Positions 49,160-58,857 of a stretch of 64,000 nt of DNA are shown in pieces (position 1 is the first letter of the stretch; every line of letters begins with the position of its first letter). The position numbers and the translations under genes are program-made. Source of the stretch: Saprospiraceae bacterium (GTDB taxonomy: Bacteria > Bacteroidota > Bacteroidia > Chitinophagales > Saprospiraceae); assembly GCA_965223405.1 (NCBI GenBank), contig CBDCWO010000006.1:2904364-2968363 (forward strand), read 5' to 3'. Below the pieces are notes generated by a model, which ran no database searches, was not told the origin of the DNA, and worked only from the letters and a program-made list of their open reading frames with translations.

Positions 49160-52100
49160 CTAATCCATTTTTACCAATTTAATTGCATCGGCAAAAATTG
49201 CTCTGAGTCTGGATTCATTACTTAATGTAATAGTAGCTGTATCTGCTGTAAAAACATAATCGCCAAGGGAGTTCCAACCACCCGGAGATTGGTGGGATAA
49301 TTCGATACTTGGACGGTCTATTCCATTCGCATGGGGTATCACAAATTGATAATTTCCTTTTTGACCGCGATTCCAATTGAATGAATCGTCTTTATACACA
49401 TGATAAAAGACATCATATCTTCCCGGTTCGGATATCGGAATATTCCATTTGGCTTCCTTGGAGCCATCCCCGGCTTTGATGTAGAAGGCGGATCTAATGA
49501 ATTCTCCAAAAAAGCGATCATTGGTCGTTGCCGTCCAATTGAGAGGTGCACGCCATACCATAGTACCCTGATACTTGAAATCATCGTCCACTTCCGCTTT
49601 CAACCATTTGCGAAGCCGGCTTACTTCTTCAAAATGGGTAAATTCGAAACTGGGATTTTCATTGTCAACAATGATCTCATTATCATTTACGATCACCAGG
49701 GGGTTAGCAACGATTTCCTGTTTTTCTACAGCATTGGTAACCTTAGTTTTGTTAATGACTTCAAAGGAATAGTCAATCTGGTTGGGTAGATTTCCCGAAG
49801 TAAGTGTATTAAAATGGATACCGGCCGGTTCAGTCAGTGATAAATAAAATGCTTCTTTAGTTTGCCCTGGCTCGAGATATATCAATTTTTCCTGGGTATC
49901 TCCTGGGCGAAGTTTGGATTTCACTACACCTCCCGTTGTCCCCAAGTTTGAAATCTTAAAGCGAACCCGGTTCATTTCTCGATTCCCCACCAACACCTTC
50001 TCGGCCACAGGAGTGCTAAATAGATATTGAGCCATATCGGTTTCGTTAAACCATTTGGTCATATGTTGGGATAAATCCACTCCAAATTCGGCGTAAATGT
50101 GTTTTTGGAACTCTGCAAATTTTAGATTTTTGAAACGATATTCTTGCAACAACTGGATTACATATTCTCGAAACCGGTCTGTTTTTGCAATGGCTTGAAT
50201 CATTGAAAAGAGCATCTCTCCCTTTAATTCTATAACATTGTCTATCAAAGATTGGTGTTCCGATAGATTTAGAATTTGGGCAAAGGATTTTTCCTGTAAA
50301 ACCATATTGGCCAATTCATTTTGGGTACTGCCGCTTGTCTGTCGCATCCAATCCCTGCCGCGATTGTTTTCGATTCGTAAATAAGACTCAAAGACACGAT
50401 TTAGAACTGGCCAATCTTTTGAATCCAGATTGTTACACATTTCATATAATTGACCAAATTGATAGTACGGATTTAAAGTTTCTTCTACCTGCGCCCTACC
50501 GGCATTAAAATTGGTGTTGATGTTTTTGAATCGGTAAAATTCTTCTAAGAATACATGGAGTACCTCGATTTGCAATTCCTCAGCAGTTTTATTTCGGCGG
50601 CGGTTCCACCTTTTGCGACGCTTGACGGATCCATTAAAATCCAAATTCCTGGTGTACAAGCCTTTTTCCGGTATCAATACTTGTCCGGGTTGGATTGTCT
50701 GATGAACTGAGGTCCAATTGCGATCATAGGTTTTGAATTGACCAGGAACCTCGATGATTGTAAATTTATCAAATGGGTATTTTAGCCCGGATTGCCGTTC
50801 AAAATCTCTTAACCTTTCTTCAATAATTGAAGGGAGGGTATCTCTTATATCCTGAAAGGCATTATTAAAATAGTCATGGCCATCGATGTAATAGAGTGAA
50901 AACTTCATGCTATCGGTATCCAAGGTGGTCCGTTTGTAATTTCCTATTGCTACTGACAGTTGAGGTAAACCATAGTCACGTTCAAAAAAATAAGTGTTTT
51001 CTTCCAGTTGTGTAGGATGACCTTGTGAAATCGGAATCAATCCGGGCAGAGTTTTTATGGTCAATTGGTAATTGACAAAATCCTTTCGATACCAGAATGG
51101 TGATGCATTACTATATCCGACTCCTGATTGGGGATACCATTGCGCTTCAGGTGTTAACAGTAGATATTGCGGATGGATAAATGCGTATCTACTCCCAATA
51201 TCAAATAAATAATTCTTCTTTTTTTCAGATTTAAGTTTTTCATCAATATCCAAATAGCAGGCATTTTCGTCAATTGTACCCTGATATTCTATGCGCAATT
51301 CGATTGAAGTTTCAATAGGCAAAATAGTATCAAATCGAACTATCAACAATTGTAATTTTCGCTCATATTCCAATTCCTTTGCTATTGATGAAACAGATAT
51401 GACTTTTAGTCCCGGATTTAAAGTAAAAACAAATTCGCTAGCCGCTGTCTCCGTATAACCTTTTATTCTTGAAACGGCCTTGTAATCGGACTCATTTTGT
51501 TCCAATCTAATTTCATGATCTTCAATATCAATTTGGGCATGCGAGATATAGCTATTATTCAGTGCAATCATTTCTGCCGATAAGACTTTGTGTTCCTGAT
51601 AATTCTTTAAATGCTGGTGGCCGAGGTAAAGAGCAGATCCAATTGCCAGGACACCCAACATAAAAGATGAGATATTTATTAATCTGGATTGGGGTAAACG
51701 ATTTGAAATGAGGATAGAAAAAAACATGAAACCTAAACCCAAACAAGTATACATTACCCGCAGACTCAATATCGTAGGCCAGTCTCCAAAACCGACTAAT
51801 TCCGAATGAAATAAAGGGAGATAAAAGGCCATATAATCAAAGAGGTAATTGTGGGATCCGCGTAAATAAATTAAGCTGGAAAGGATATAACCCAATAGCA
51901 GAACAAAAGTCAATGCCTGATTACGGATAACTCCCATTAAAAAGATAGACAATCCAACAATAAATGTTAACGTAGGAACAGAGATTAACAGTGGATAGTA
52001 CAAATAAGCCTGCCAATCGACGTAGGTATCCTTGGCTAGTAAATTAAAAACCAGCGCCATCAACAATGCCACCACGTTGATCAATAGAAATATGGACAAG

Positions 52101-52435
52101 ATGCTCCAAACTTTACCAAACAGATATGTGGCATTACTCATGGACCGAACATAAAAGACCTCGGTGGTGTCCTGTTTTCGGTCACGTTTTATAAATTCTG
52201 AAGACAAGAATACAGCAATAATTGCCTGTGCGACATTTAGGATAAATAGATTGGCATAAGGAAGATTTGCAGGGATTGCCCGATACACCCATTCCATATC
52301 ACCCACCTCAGAAATTTCACCCATATTGAATGCAAATAGTACAAATAGTGAGAGCACCGAGAAAATTCTAAAAAACCAACTCCGCATTAGAATTTTGCGC
52401 TCGTATTTTGCTATCGTTCTAAAAGTAAAGATCAT
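49160..52435 (-). CDS. ABC-2-family permease (6 TM, aa 1-300) fused to a ~790-aa extracytoplasmic domain of unassigned fold (possibly M1-aminopeptidase-like, but no HExxH)
   Basis: 1091 aa. The N-terminal polytopic domain is like GldF/ABC-2 permeases. It lies directly downstream of an ABC ATPase gene. The large soluble C-terminal region has no zinc motif. Confidence 0.6.
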   Translation of the reverse strand: MIFTFRTIAKYERKILMRSWFFRIFSVLSLFVLFAFNMGEISEVGDMEWVYRAIPANLPYANLFILNVAQAIIAVFLSSEFIKRDRKQDTTEVFYVRSMSNATYLFGKVWSILSIFLLINVVALLMALVFNLLAKDTYVDWQAYLYYPLLISVPTLTFIVGLSIFLMGVIRNQALTFVLLLGYILSSLIYLRGSHNYLFDYMAFYLPLFHSELVGFGDWPTILSLRVMYTCLGLGFMFFSILISNRLPQSRLINISSFMLGVLAIGSALYLGHQHLKNYQEHKVLSAEMIALNNSYISHAQIDIEDHEIRLEQNESDYKAVSRIKGYTETAASEFVFTLNPGLKVISVSSIAKELEYERKLQLLIVRFDTILPIETSIELRIEYQGTIDENACYLDIDEKLKSEKKKNYLFDIGSRYAFIHPQYLLLTPEAQWYPQSGVGYSNASPFWYRKDFVNYQLTIKTLPGLIPISQGHPTQLEENTYFFERDYGLPQLSVAIGNYKRTTLDTDSMKFSLYYIDGHDYFNNAFQDIRDTLPSIIEERLRDFERQSGLKYPFDKFTIIEVPGQFKTYDRNWTSVHQTIQPGQVLIPEKGLYTRNLDFNGSVKRRKRWNRRRNKTAEELQIEVLHVFLEEFYRFKNINTNFNAGRAQVEETLNPYYQFGQLYEMCNNLDSKDWPVLNRVFESYLRIENNRGRDWMRQTSGSTQNELANMVLQEKSFAQILNLSEHQSLIDNVIELKGEMLFSMIQAIAKTDRFREYVIQLLQEYRFKNLKFAEFQKHIYAEFGVDLSQHMTKWFNETDMAQYLFSTPVAEKVLVGNREMNRVRFKISNLGTTGGVVKSKLRPGDTQEKLIYLEPGQTKEAFYLSLTEPAGIHFNTLTSGNLPNQIDYSFEVINKTKVTNAVEKQEIVANPLVIVNDNEIIVDNENPSFEFTHFEEVSRLRKWLKAEVDDDFKYQGTMVWRAPLNWTATTNDRFFGEFIRSAFYIKAGDGSKEAKWNIPISEPGRYDVFYHVYKDDSFNWNRGQKGNYQFVIPHANGIDRPSIELSHQSPGGWNSLGDYVFTADTATITLSNESRLRAIFADAIKLVKMD

Positions 52436-52455
52436 TACTATTCAAAATTCATTTA

Positions 52456-53361
52456 CTAACTGGTCAATATCGATTTGGAATTATTTTTAATGGTATGTTC
52501 AACAAAGTAGACATAGGCATGCTCTAAATTTGGGGGTATTGCTTCCGCATTATAACCACTTACATCATCACCGACCACAATGACCTTCCAACCATCCTTC
52601 ATCATCATGGTGGATACCACTTGAAATTTTTGATTAACGTCCATGTATTCCTGCTCCGATACATGAATAGACCATACATGGTTTTGGGCCTGTTGAATAA
52701 GTTTTTCCGGAGACCCTGAAAACGCTACCTTTCCCTTATTTAAAAGAGCCATATGCTCACAAGTGCTGGAAATATCCGCCACAATATGCGTCGAAAGGAT
52801 AATAATGACATCTTGTGAACTCAAGTGGGCTAACAGATTTCGAAATCGAATACGCTCTTCGGGATCCAGTCCGGTAGTAGGTTCATCTACTACGATTATT
52901 TTTGGATTATTAATTAAAGCTTGAGCGATACCAAGTCGTCGTTTCATACCACCTGATAACTTACCTGCTTTACGGCTTCTCACATCAAAAAGACCAACTT
53001 CTTCCAGCAAATGGTCTACGGCCTGAGTTCGTTCACGTTTGGTTTTCATGCCGGCCAGTCGAGCTGCATAATCCAAAAACTCATGAGTTTTCAAGTTGGA
53101 GAAAAAGCTAAAATCCTGAGGTAAGTACCCTAGCATGCTACGTACGTAATCTCGGTTTTCTGCAACATCTTTTCCGTTTACTAACACTTTGCCACTACTG
53201 GGTTTCATCAAAGTCACCAAAATTCGCATTAAACTGGATTTACCCGCACCATTTGGTCCAAGCAACCCGAACATACCTTCCTTAATTTCAAGATTAATAT
53301 CATGGAGGGCATGATTTCCGTTTGGATAAACTTTGTTCAAGCCTTGTATTGAGATATTCAT
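52456..53361 (-). CDS. ABC transporter ATP-binding protein (ABC-2/GldA-like), paralogous to the NBD fused to the RND gene
   Basis: 301 aa. It has Walker A GPNGAGKSS, signature LSGGMKRR, Walker B IIVVDEPTTGLD and H-loop LSTHIV. It shares long identical stretches with the 38421-43112 C-terminal domain (LDPEERIRFRNLL vs LDPRERIRFRNLL). Confidence 0.9.
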   Translation of the reverse strand: MNISIQGLNKVYPNGNHALHDINLEIKEGMFGLLGPNGAGKSSLMRILVTLMKPSSGKVLVNGKDVAENRDYVRSMLGYLPQDFSFFSNLKTHEFLDYAARLAGMKTKRERTQAVDHLLEEVGLFDVRSRKAGKLSGGMKRRLGIAQALINNPKIIVVDEPTTGLDPEERIRFRNLLAHLSSQDVIIILSTHIVADISSTCEHMALLNKGKVAFSGSPEKLIQQAQNHVWSIHVSEQEYMDVNQKFQVVSTMMMKDGWKVIVVGDDVSGYNAEAIPPNLEHAYVYFVEHTIKNNSKSILTS

Positions 53362-53551
53362 TTCATCGTGGTAAGGTTATCTGAAAGTAAGAAACTTATG
53401 CAGCGCAAATGAATTAATAGGGATGAAATTAGATTAATACCGTGATGAGCTCGACGAAATAGATGTTATTTGAGAGTTCGGTAACACACAATATCGAAAT
53501 ATCAGAAAAGGAGAGAATATTGTTTGTCTGAATAAAAGGGTGGATGTACAG

Positions 53552-54331
53552 TCAATTTTTTCTAATACCCAATAGATTGACCACACAGTTTTCCATATTA
53601 CCTACGGTAAACGCAAATTCCTGCTTTATTTTAGTGCCATCGGAGTAGCTGGCGGGACTCCAATTGGGCATGCAACGAATTGCGTTTAATAATAAGGTAT
53701 CGATTTTTTCATCCTTAAAAGGCCAAAAAATATGCGCATTAACGACTTGTCCTAGATTATCAATGGTAAATTTTACGGTAGCTAAGTCGAGATTCTGAAA
53801 GGTACTATCCGGAATTTGACTTAAGGCGTTTTCCTTCAGATAGTGTCTCAGCTGTTGTACACCACCGGGATATTTTGCATCACTTTGGGGAAGTACGGCC
53901 AGTTTAAAATCAATGACTTTGATTTCATTATGACTTAAAGTGTTATCAGGAATGTATTGAACCACAACGGCTATATCAGTTCCTGAGTCGGCCACGGTGA
54001 TCAGATCTTTTTGTTTCTGACTGAGGGTATCGTTTTTACTCCTGGCCGTTTTGGTCTGGCCTCGATAGAGTGTTATTATCTCTACCGAAATATATTCTTT
54101 GATCCAGGAAGATTGATATTTCTCATTCAGATCAATTAGGGTTTGTGCTGTTTTGAGTTCATCCTTTGTAATCGAAAAATACGGATAGATCGGATTGATT
54201 TCAAAATGAAGTTCATTGCTAAATCGCTCTTGGGATATACTAAAATGAGGGAAAGAGAGCCACACAAATATCACAGTTACAAAGAGATGTTTGATCAATT
54301 TAGCAACAAATTCAGGCATATCGAGGTTCAA
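53552..54331 (-). CDS. TonB C-terminal-domain-like membrane-anchored protein. The first gene of the efflux operon. (The start is TTG at 54331 or ATG at 54319.)
   Basis: 259 aa with an N-terminal TM anchor. The C-terminal ~90 aa (AKYPGGVQQLRHYL...VKFTIDNLGQVVNAHI...) resemble the TonB_C fold. Confidence 0.5.
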   Translation of the reverse strand: MNLDMPEFVAKLIKHLFVTVIFVWLSFPHFSISQERFSNELHFEINPIYPYFSITKDELKTAQTLIDLNEKYQSSWIKEYISVEIITLYRGQTKTARSKNDTLSQKQKDLITVADSGTDIAVVVQYIPDNTLSHNEIKVIDFKLAVLPQSDAKYPGGVQQLRHYLKENALSQIPDSTFQNLDLATVKFTIDNLGQVVNAHIFWPFKDEKIDTLLLNAIRCMPNWSPASYSDGTKIKQEFAFTVGNMENCVVNLLGIRKN

Positions 54332-54515
54332 GGTTTATAACTATCAGTAATTAAGCAAAGTTAATCTGGAGCCTATATTTATCAAATTGTAAAGTGTAAA
54401 TTAGTGTAAAATGAACGTAAACCACTTCCAAAAAGGGTAATAATCCAATACTTTTGTATCATAGTCAATACGAATGTCGTTCTTTAACCAATACCAATTT
54501 TGACCAAATTTTAGT

Positions 54516-55502
54516 ATGACTGCATCAAAAAATATATTTCATTCAGGTATTTTTCTTGTGAACTTGGTTATAGAAAAACAAATTAAATCAGCATACCAGA
54601 AACTTGGATTATTGGTGGTCTTATTCATAATTCCCTTCGCAGCAATTAGCTCATCGGATAAACTGGTTGATGAAAAACGTACCATGGTAGCCATGAGAAC
54701 CATCGGGCATCAGGTATTACTTAGTATCGGAGATAGCGACTCTCGGATCATGCCTATTGAAAAGACAGATGGATATTTTAAAATTCCTTTTGGAGTTGAA
54801 TTTGGATTTGATCCAGGAGATATTGTTTCAATCATTGACAGTATAATGAGAGATACAAAATTTGCATCCCATGTATTAGTCGAAGTAGGACAATGTGACT
54901 CTAATGAGATCGTACATAGTTTTGAAATTAAAAATGAAGGAAACTCCAGTAAGATTGCTTGTATCGGGAGAAAATTGCCAAAGGACTGTTATAGTCTTTT
55001 TGTTACTATTATAGACAGCAGTGGATCTGGAAATCAGAGTCCTGATAAATTATCATCTAGTGGTTTGTCCATAATTTCATCCAAGTTCAAAGAATCAAAA
55101 CTTTTTCAATCTGCATTCTTGTTGACCCCTTTGATTCTACTACTGGGTTTTTTAGGTTATTTTATCAATAAGAAAAATGAGGTTAGCAAAGATCCAAATC
55201 TGATACTAATCGGTTCTTCCGAGTTTGATACGCGGAATATGTCCCTTTCATATCAAGATAAAAGGGTTGAGTTGTCATACAAAGAAGCACAACTACTTTC
55301 CTTACTTCACACTTCTGCAAATACACCTATCGCACGCGAAGTGTTGCTCCAAAGGGTTTGGGGTGATGAAGGTGGTTATGTAGGAAGGACGCTAGATGTC
55401 TTTATTTCCAAATTACGTAAAAAACTGGAGGCAGATGCCAGTGTGAAAATTGTAAATATCAGAGGGGTTGGTTATAAACTGGTCATGAAGGCTACGAAGT
55501 AA
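54516..55502 (+). CDS. membrane-anchored one-component regulator with a C-terminal OmpR/PhoB-type winged-helix DNA-binding domain (trans_reg_C), divergent from the efflux operon
   Basis: 328 aa. It has an N-terminal signal/TM, a predicted extracytoplasmic domain, a TM at ~aa 195-215 and a C-terminal wHTH (LSYKEAQLLSLL...REVLLQRVWGDEGGYVGRTLDVFISKLRKKLE...IRGVGYKL). Confidence 0.65.
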   Translation: MTASKNIFHSGIFLVNLVIEKQIKSAYQKLGLLVVLFIIPFAAISSSDKLVDEKRTMVAMRTIGHQVLLSIGDSDSRIMPIEKTDGYFKIPFGVEFGFDPGDIVSIIDSIMRDTKFASHVLVEVGQCDSNEIVHSFEIKNEGNSSKIACIGRKLPKDCYSLFVTIIDSSGSGNQSPDKLSSSGLSIISSKFKESKLFQSAFLLTPLILLLGFLGYFINKKNEVSKDPNLILIGSSEFDTRNMSLSYQDKRVELSYKEAQLLSLLHTSANTPIAREVLLQRVWGDEGGYVGRTLDVFISKLRKKLEADASVKIVNIRGVGYKLVMKATK

Positions 55503-55711
55503 AGCCATTGGCTCTTGTTTTTTCTTTTACAGATGGAAGTTCAGATCTATCGATTCACTTTAATCTATTTGACAACAGAATAAGTGAGACAGTAAATTGG
55601 ATTTATTTCATTTTGCATACAGCAGTTTAAAATGTGAACCATTTCGCCAACTCCCTTGGAATATTTTTCGTCTTTTAATTAGATTAACAGATAATAATCG
55701 AACTCAGGTTA

Positions 55712-56668
55712 TTAATTAACCCAAGTTGCGAACTATAGATTGATAGACCTAAAAAAGGTGTAAGCTAACACAAAAAGGAATATTTTGATCAAAAAGCCTT
55801 GGGGCGTGACTGCATGGATTTTAGCAGGCATCATTTGAGCTATTTCACTAAAAGTGGTTTCAATACGTTTTCTTTTATTTTCTATTAAATAATCTGTATA
55901 GGGTTTATGTTGTCTTTTGAGGTTGGATTTTCTTTGTACCAGTAAATGAATTTGGTCGCATTCCATCAACAAATCTTCGTACTGATAATCGTTGTAAATA
56001 GCATCTGCATACAAGGTGCTATCAACAGGTAAATCCAAATTCATAGATTTAAAAGCGGTTATGTCGGAGAAAGAACCAGCCGCAATATAATAGTCCACTG
56101 GTATTCCATTTGCATCCACTACCAATTGGACTTTAAAACCATAAAAATACTCCCTTTTAGAAACACATTTGCCACGATAAGCTTTGTTTTTCAATAACTT
56201 ACAGTTTGGGATTCGAATGTTGTGACACACTTTAACCGGAAATGAATCAATGATGTATTCACTACTTATATTTAGATTTTTGATCCTTTGTCCAAGACCT
56301 CGAAATAGACTCCATAATAAAAATTCTAATCCATGAAGTCTTCTATTAAATCCGCTTTTATCAATAAATACAACTCCATGATGTGACCTCATATAACCTC
56401 TGGCTTTGACCATGTTGCATCCAAAATATCTGGATGCTATAATTGCGGTTGTTAAAATTTCAGCATCAGTAGTTTTTCTTAATGATTCATCTTTTTTTCT
56501 TGAAATCTTGACAAAATCATCAATAAAGCAATAAATTGTAATTACATAATTTTCCATAATGGGTGTAGATTTTGGTGGGATGAGACCTCCTTAATTTACA
56601 CCATTATGGATTCTTTAGCAATATGTATTATCATTTATTTTAATACGTCGCAACTTGGGTTAATTAAT
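55712..56668 (-). mobile_element. IS982-family insertion sequence, copy B (identical to copy A, same orientation)
   Basis: It has the same 20-bp IRs and is 100% identical internally to 28986-29941. Confidence 0.85.
55733..56557 (-). CDS. IS982-family DDE transposase (copy B)
   Basis: 274 aa, identical to the 29007-29831 product. Confidence 0.85.
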   Translation of the reverse strand: MENYVITIYCFIDDFVKISRKKDESLRKTTDAEILTTAIIASRYFGCNMVKARGYMRSHHGVVFIDKSGFNRRLHGLEFLLWSLFRGLGQRIKNLNISSEYIIDSFPVKVCHNIRIPNCKLLKNKAYRGKCVSKREYFYGFKVQLVVDANGIPVDYYIAAGSFSDITAFKSMNLDLPVDSTLYADAIYNDYQYEDLLMECDQIHLLVQRKSNLKRQHKPYTDYLIENKRKRIETTFSEIAQMMPAKIHAVTPQGFLIKIFLFVLAYTFFRSINL

Positions 56669-56680
56669 TATCGTGCAAAT

Positions 56681-57190
56681 GAATATCAAACGCCATTTTT
56701 TAATCATGACTTTCATTTCAGTGTTTGTGGCTTGTAATAAGGATGATCCACTTATGAAAGCCGTGGAAAATCTACAAATAAATTGTCCTTTCGTTGAAAA
56801 TAAGAATGGTGATGGAATAATTAGTAAACACGAATGATTAATAATGGATGAATGTATGAAAAATGCACTCTTCGAAAAGGATATTGCCAGGAAGAATCTT
56901 ATTGGGAACTGGGAACTAATTGGACATGGTGAAGGGTGGATTCCAGCAGCATCTCAGCCTTGTAGCTTTATCAATATTAGTGAGTCCGAATTAGTGCTTA
57001 CTTTTCAAAAATTGATACGATAACCATACATACCTGGGCGATCATTGAGAAATCTGGGAAAGTAGGATTATCAATTTCGCCACGCTTGATTGAAAAAATC
57101 TTCTTTAGTACAATATGTGAAAATTTCATGTTTGGGGATGCCACTTCTGTTGAAGGAAACATGTATCTGTATAGGAAAGTAGAATAAATT
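56681..57190 (+). pseudogene. probable frameshifted small lipoprotein gene (lipocalin-like) beginning 12 bp after the IS copy B end
   Basis: ATG at 56681 gives MNIKRHFLIMTFISVFVACNKDD... (a lipobox-like signal) and stops after 52 codons. The continuation (MDECMKNALFEKDIARKNLIGNWELIGHGEGW...) is in another frame, followed by further short frames. Confidence 0.35.
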
Positions 57191-57284
57191 TACTCTCGAA
57201 TACTTACATGTCGAAATCAGTAAGTCGTTTCAATTGATAATCTCCTTTTTTTCACATTGAAGTGATTTAAAAACAAAAAGTTAA

Positions 57285-57450
57285 TTTGCTTGCAAGCCAT
57301 TGATCCCTAATACTTCAGCTTTTTCTCATCCCATGATTATAGCTATGAAACCTGCCTGCAGCAGCCAGGCTCAAAAATAGTATTGTCTTAGGAATCAATC
57401 ACTTACAATCAATTTTTAACATATGTTTTTAAATCACTTCATTAAAAGTA
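57285..57450 (+). other. conserved ~165-bp noncoding element, copy 2
   Basis: See copy 1. It is located 180 bp upstream of the enolase-superfamily gene. Confidence 0.45.
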
Positions 57451-57625
57451 TCAGAAAAACCAAGTTCCCTTGATTAATACTTCTTTCCAAGTAGGATTTT
57501 CTTCGAGATAAATTAGCAATGCTTTCATTTTTATTTTAATGACTTCTTTATTGCCTTGATATCCAGGTTATCTTTGATCATTTATAAATTATTATTTTCA
57601 AAGTTACTAACAAACAAATCAAGCA

Positions 57626-58717
57626 ATGATCCAGGATGACGCGATTAGAGAAGTAAAAATATTTAATGTAACCACTGATCTAAAAAAACCTATTTCTGAC
57701 GCTACTCATACGCTAACAGAAATTTCTTTCATCGTACTGAGAATGCGCTTGAAAAATGGGGTAATCGGGTATTCTTATCTATTATCATTTCAATATTCGC
57801 CCCGTGCGATAGTAGGCGCATTAAAGGACATGGTTCCTGTGGTGATAGGTCATCGGGTTTACGAAACAGGTGCAGTTTTTCAAAAGTTAAATGCATTATC
57901 CGAATATTTTGGTAATCAGGGATTATTGAGATGGGCGCAGAGTGCAATAAATCTGGCCATGTGGGATGCTTGGGGCAAAACTTTAGGACAGCCCATCTTT
58001 AAAATATTAGGAACGTATCAAGAAAAAGTGCCACTTTATGGAAGTGGCGGGTGGATTTCTTACTCAATTGAGGAACTCATTGAAGAAGTTTGTGGCTATG
58101 TGGAGAGAGGGTTTAAAGCGGTAAAAATAAAAGTGGGATCGCCAAATGTCAAAACAGACATCGAACGATTAAAACGAGTCCGAGAAGTAGTTGGTGATAA
58201 AATAGCCATCATGATGGATGCTAATCAGGGCTTCGATTTACCTACAGCTTTGAGATTATCCCACGCCGCAAAAGATTTAGATATAAATTGGTTTGAAGAA
58301 CCGGTATATCATCAAAATTTTCAAGCCTATCAAATTCTTAAGAGCCATGCGGGTATTTCCTTGGCTATGGGTGAAAGAGAATACGATACCTTGCCGCTCA
58401 GAGAACTTGCAACCAGGAGTGCGTTAGACATATGGCAGCCGGATATCTTGAGGATTGGTGGAGTTGAAGCTTGGAGAGAGAGCGCGGCTTTGGCAAAAAG
58501 TTTCAATTTATCGGTTTTGCCCCACTTTTATAAAGAGTACGATGTACCTCTTTTATGTACTATTTCGAATGGAAAAGGCGCAGAATCATTCGACTGGTTG
58601 GATCCTTTGATCGATAATCCCATGATCGTAGAAGACGGATGCGTAAAACCACATGATTTACCGGGATGGGGATTTAGCTTTCTCGATGATAGAATGACAG
58701 AGATCAAATTGTTTTAG
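57626..58717 (+). CDS. enolase-superfamily enzyme (mandelate racemase/muconate lactonizing enzyme family; sugar-acid dehydratase-like, e.g. fuconate/galactonate dehydratase type)
   Basis: 363 aa. It has a KIKVG general-base region, metal ligands in IMMDANQGFD / WFEEPV / the DIWQPD pattern, and a capping domain at the N-terminus. Confidence 0.8.
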   Translation: MIQDDAIREVKIFNVTTDLKKPISDATHTLTEISFIVLRMRLKNGVIGYSYLLSFQYSPRAIVGALKDMVPVVIGHRVYETGAVFQKLNALSEYFGNQGLLRWAQSAINLAMWDAWGKTLGQPIFKILGTYQEKVPLYGSGGWISYSIEELIEEVCGYVERGFKAVKIKVGSPNVKTDIERLKRVREVVGDKIAIMMDANQGFDLPTALRLSHAAKDLDINWFEEPVYHQNFQAYQILKSHAGISLAMGEREYDTLPLRELATRSALDIWQPDILRIGGVEAWRESAALAKSFNLSVLPHFYKEYDVPLLCTISNGKGAESFDWLDPLIDNPMIVEDGCVKPHDLPGWGFSFLDDRMTEIKLF

Positions 58718-58857
58718 TGTTTATTTTCCTTCAAAATTTAAACTACACTCTGGATTATTATTGGATAAAATAAGAACATTTTAGTAATTTAGGATTTTCA
58801 CAAGCTCTGCTTAAGGTATCTATTTTGAATGGGCGAATTTAGCCTTTATACTCTGAT

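Noticed and set aside
49160-52435. C-terminal domain as an active M1 aminopeptidase
   Set aside because: No HExxH plus downstream Glu zinc-binding motif or GAMEN motif could be found in the 790-aa extracytoplasmic region. Only a generic large-domain call is made.
28986-56668. Demonstrable composite transposon formed by the two identical IS copies
   Set aside because: The outer flanks (…ctcaata | and | tatcgtg…) and the inner flanks do not show matching target-site duplications. Only the possibility of mobilisation or recombination is reported, not a proven composite transposon.
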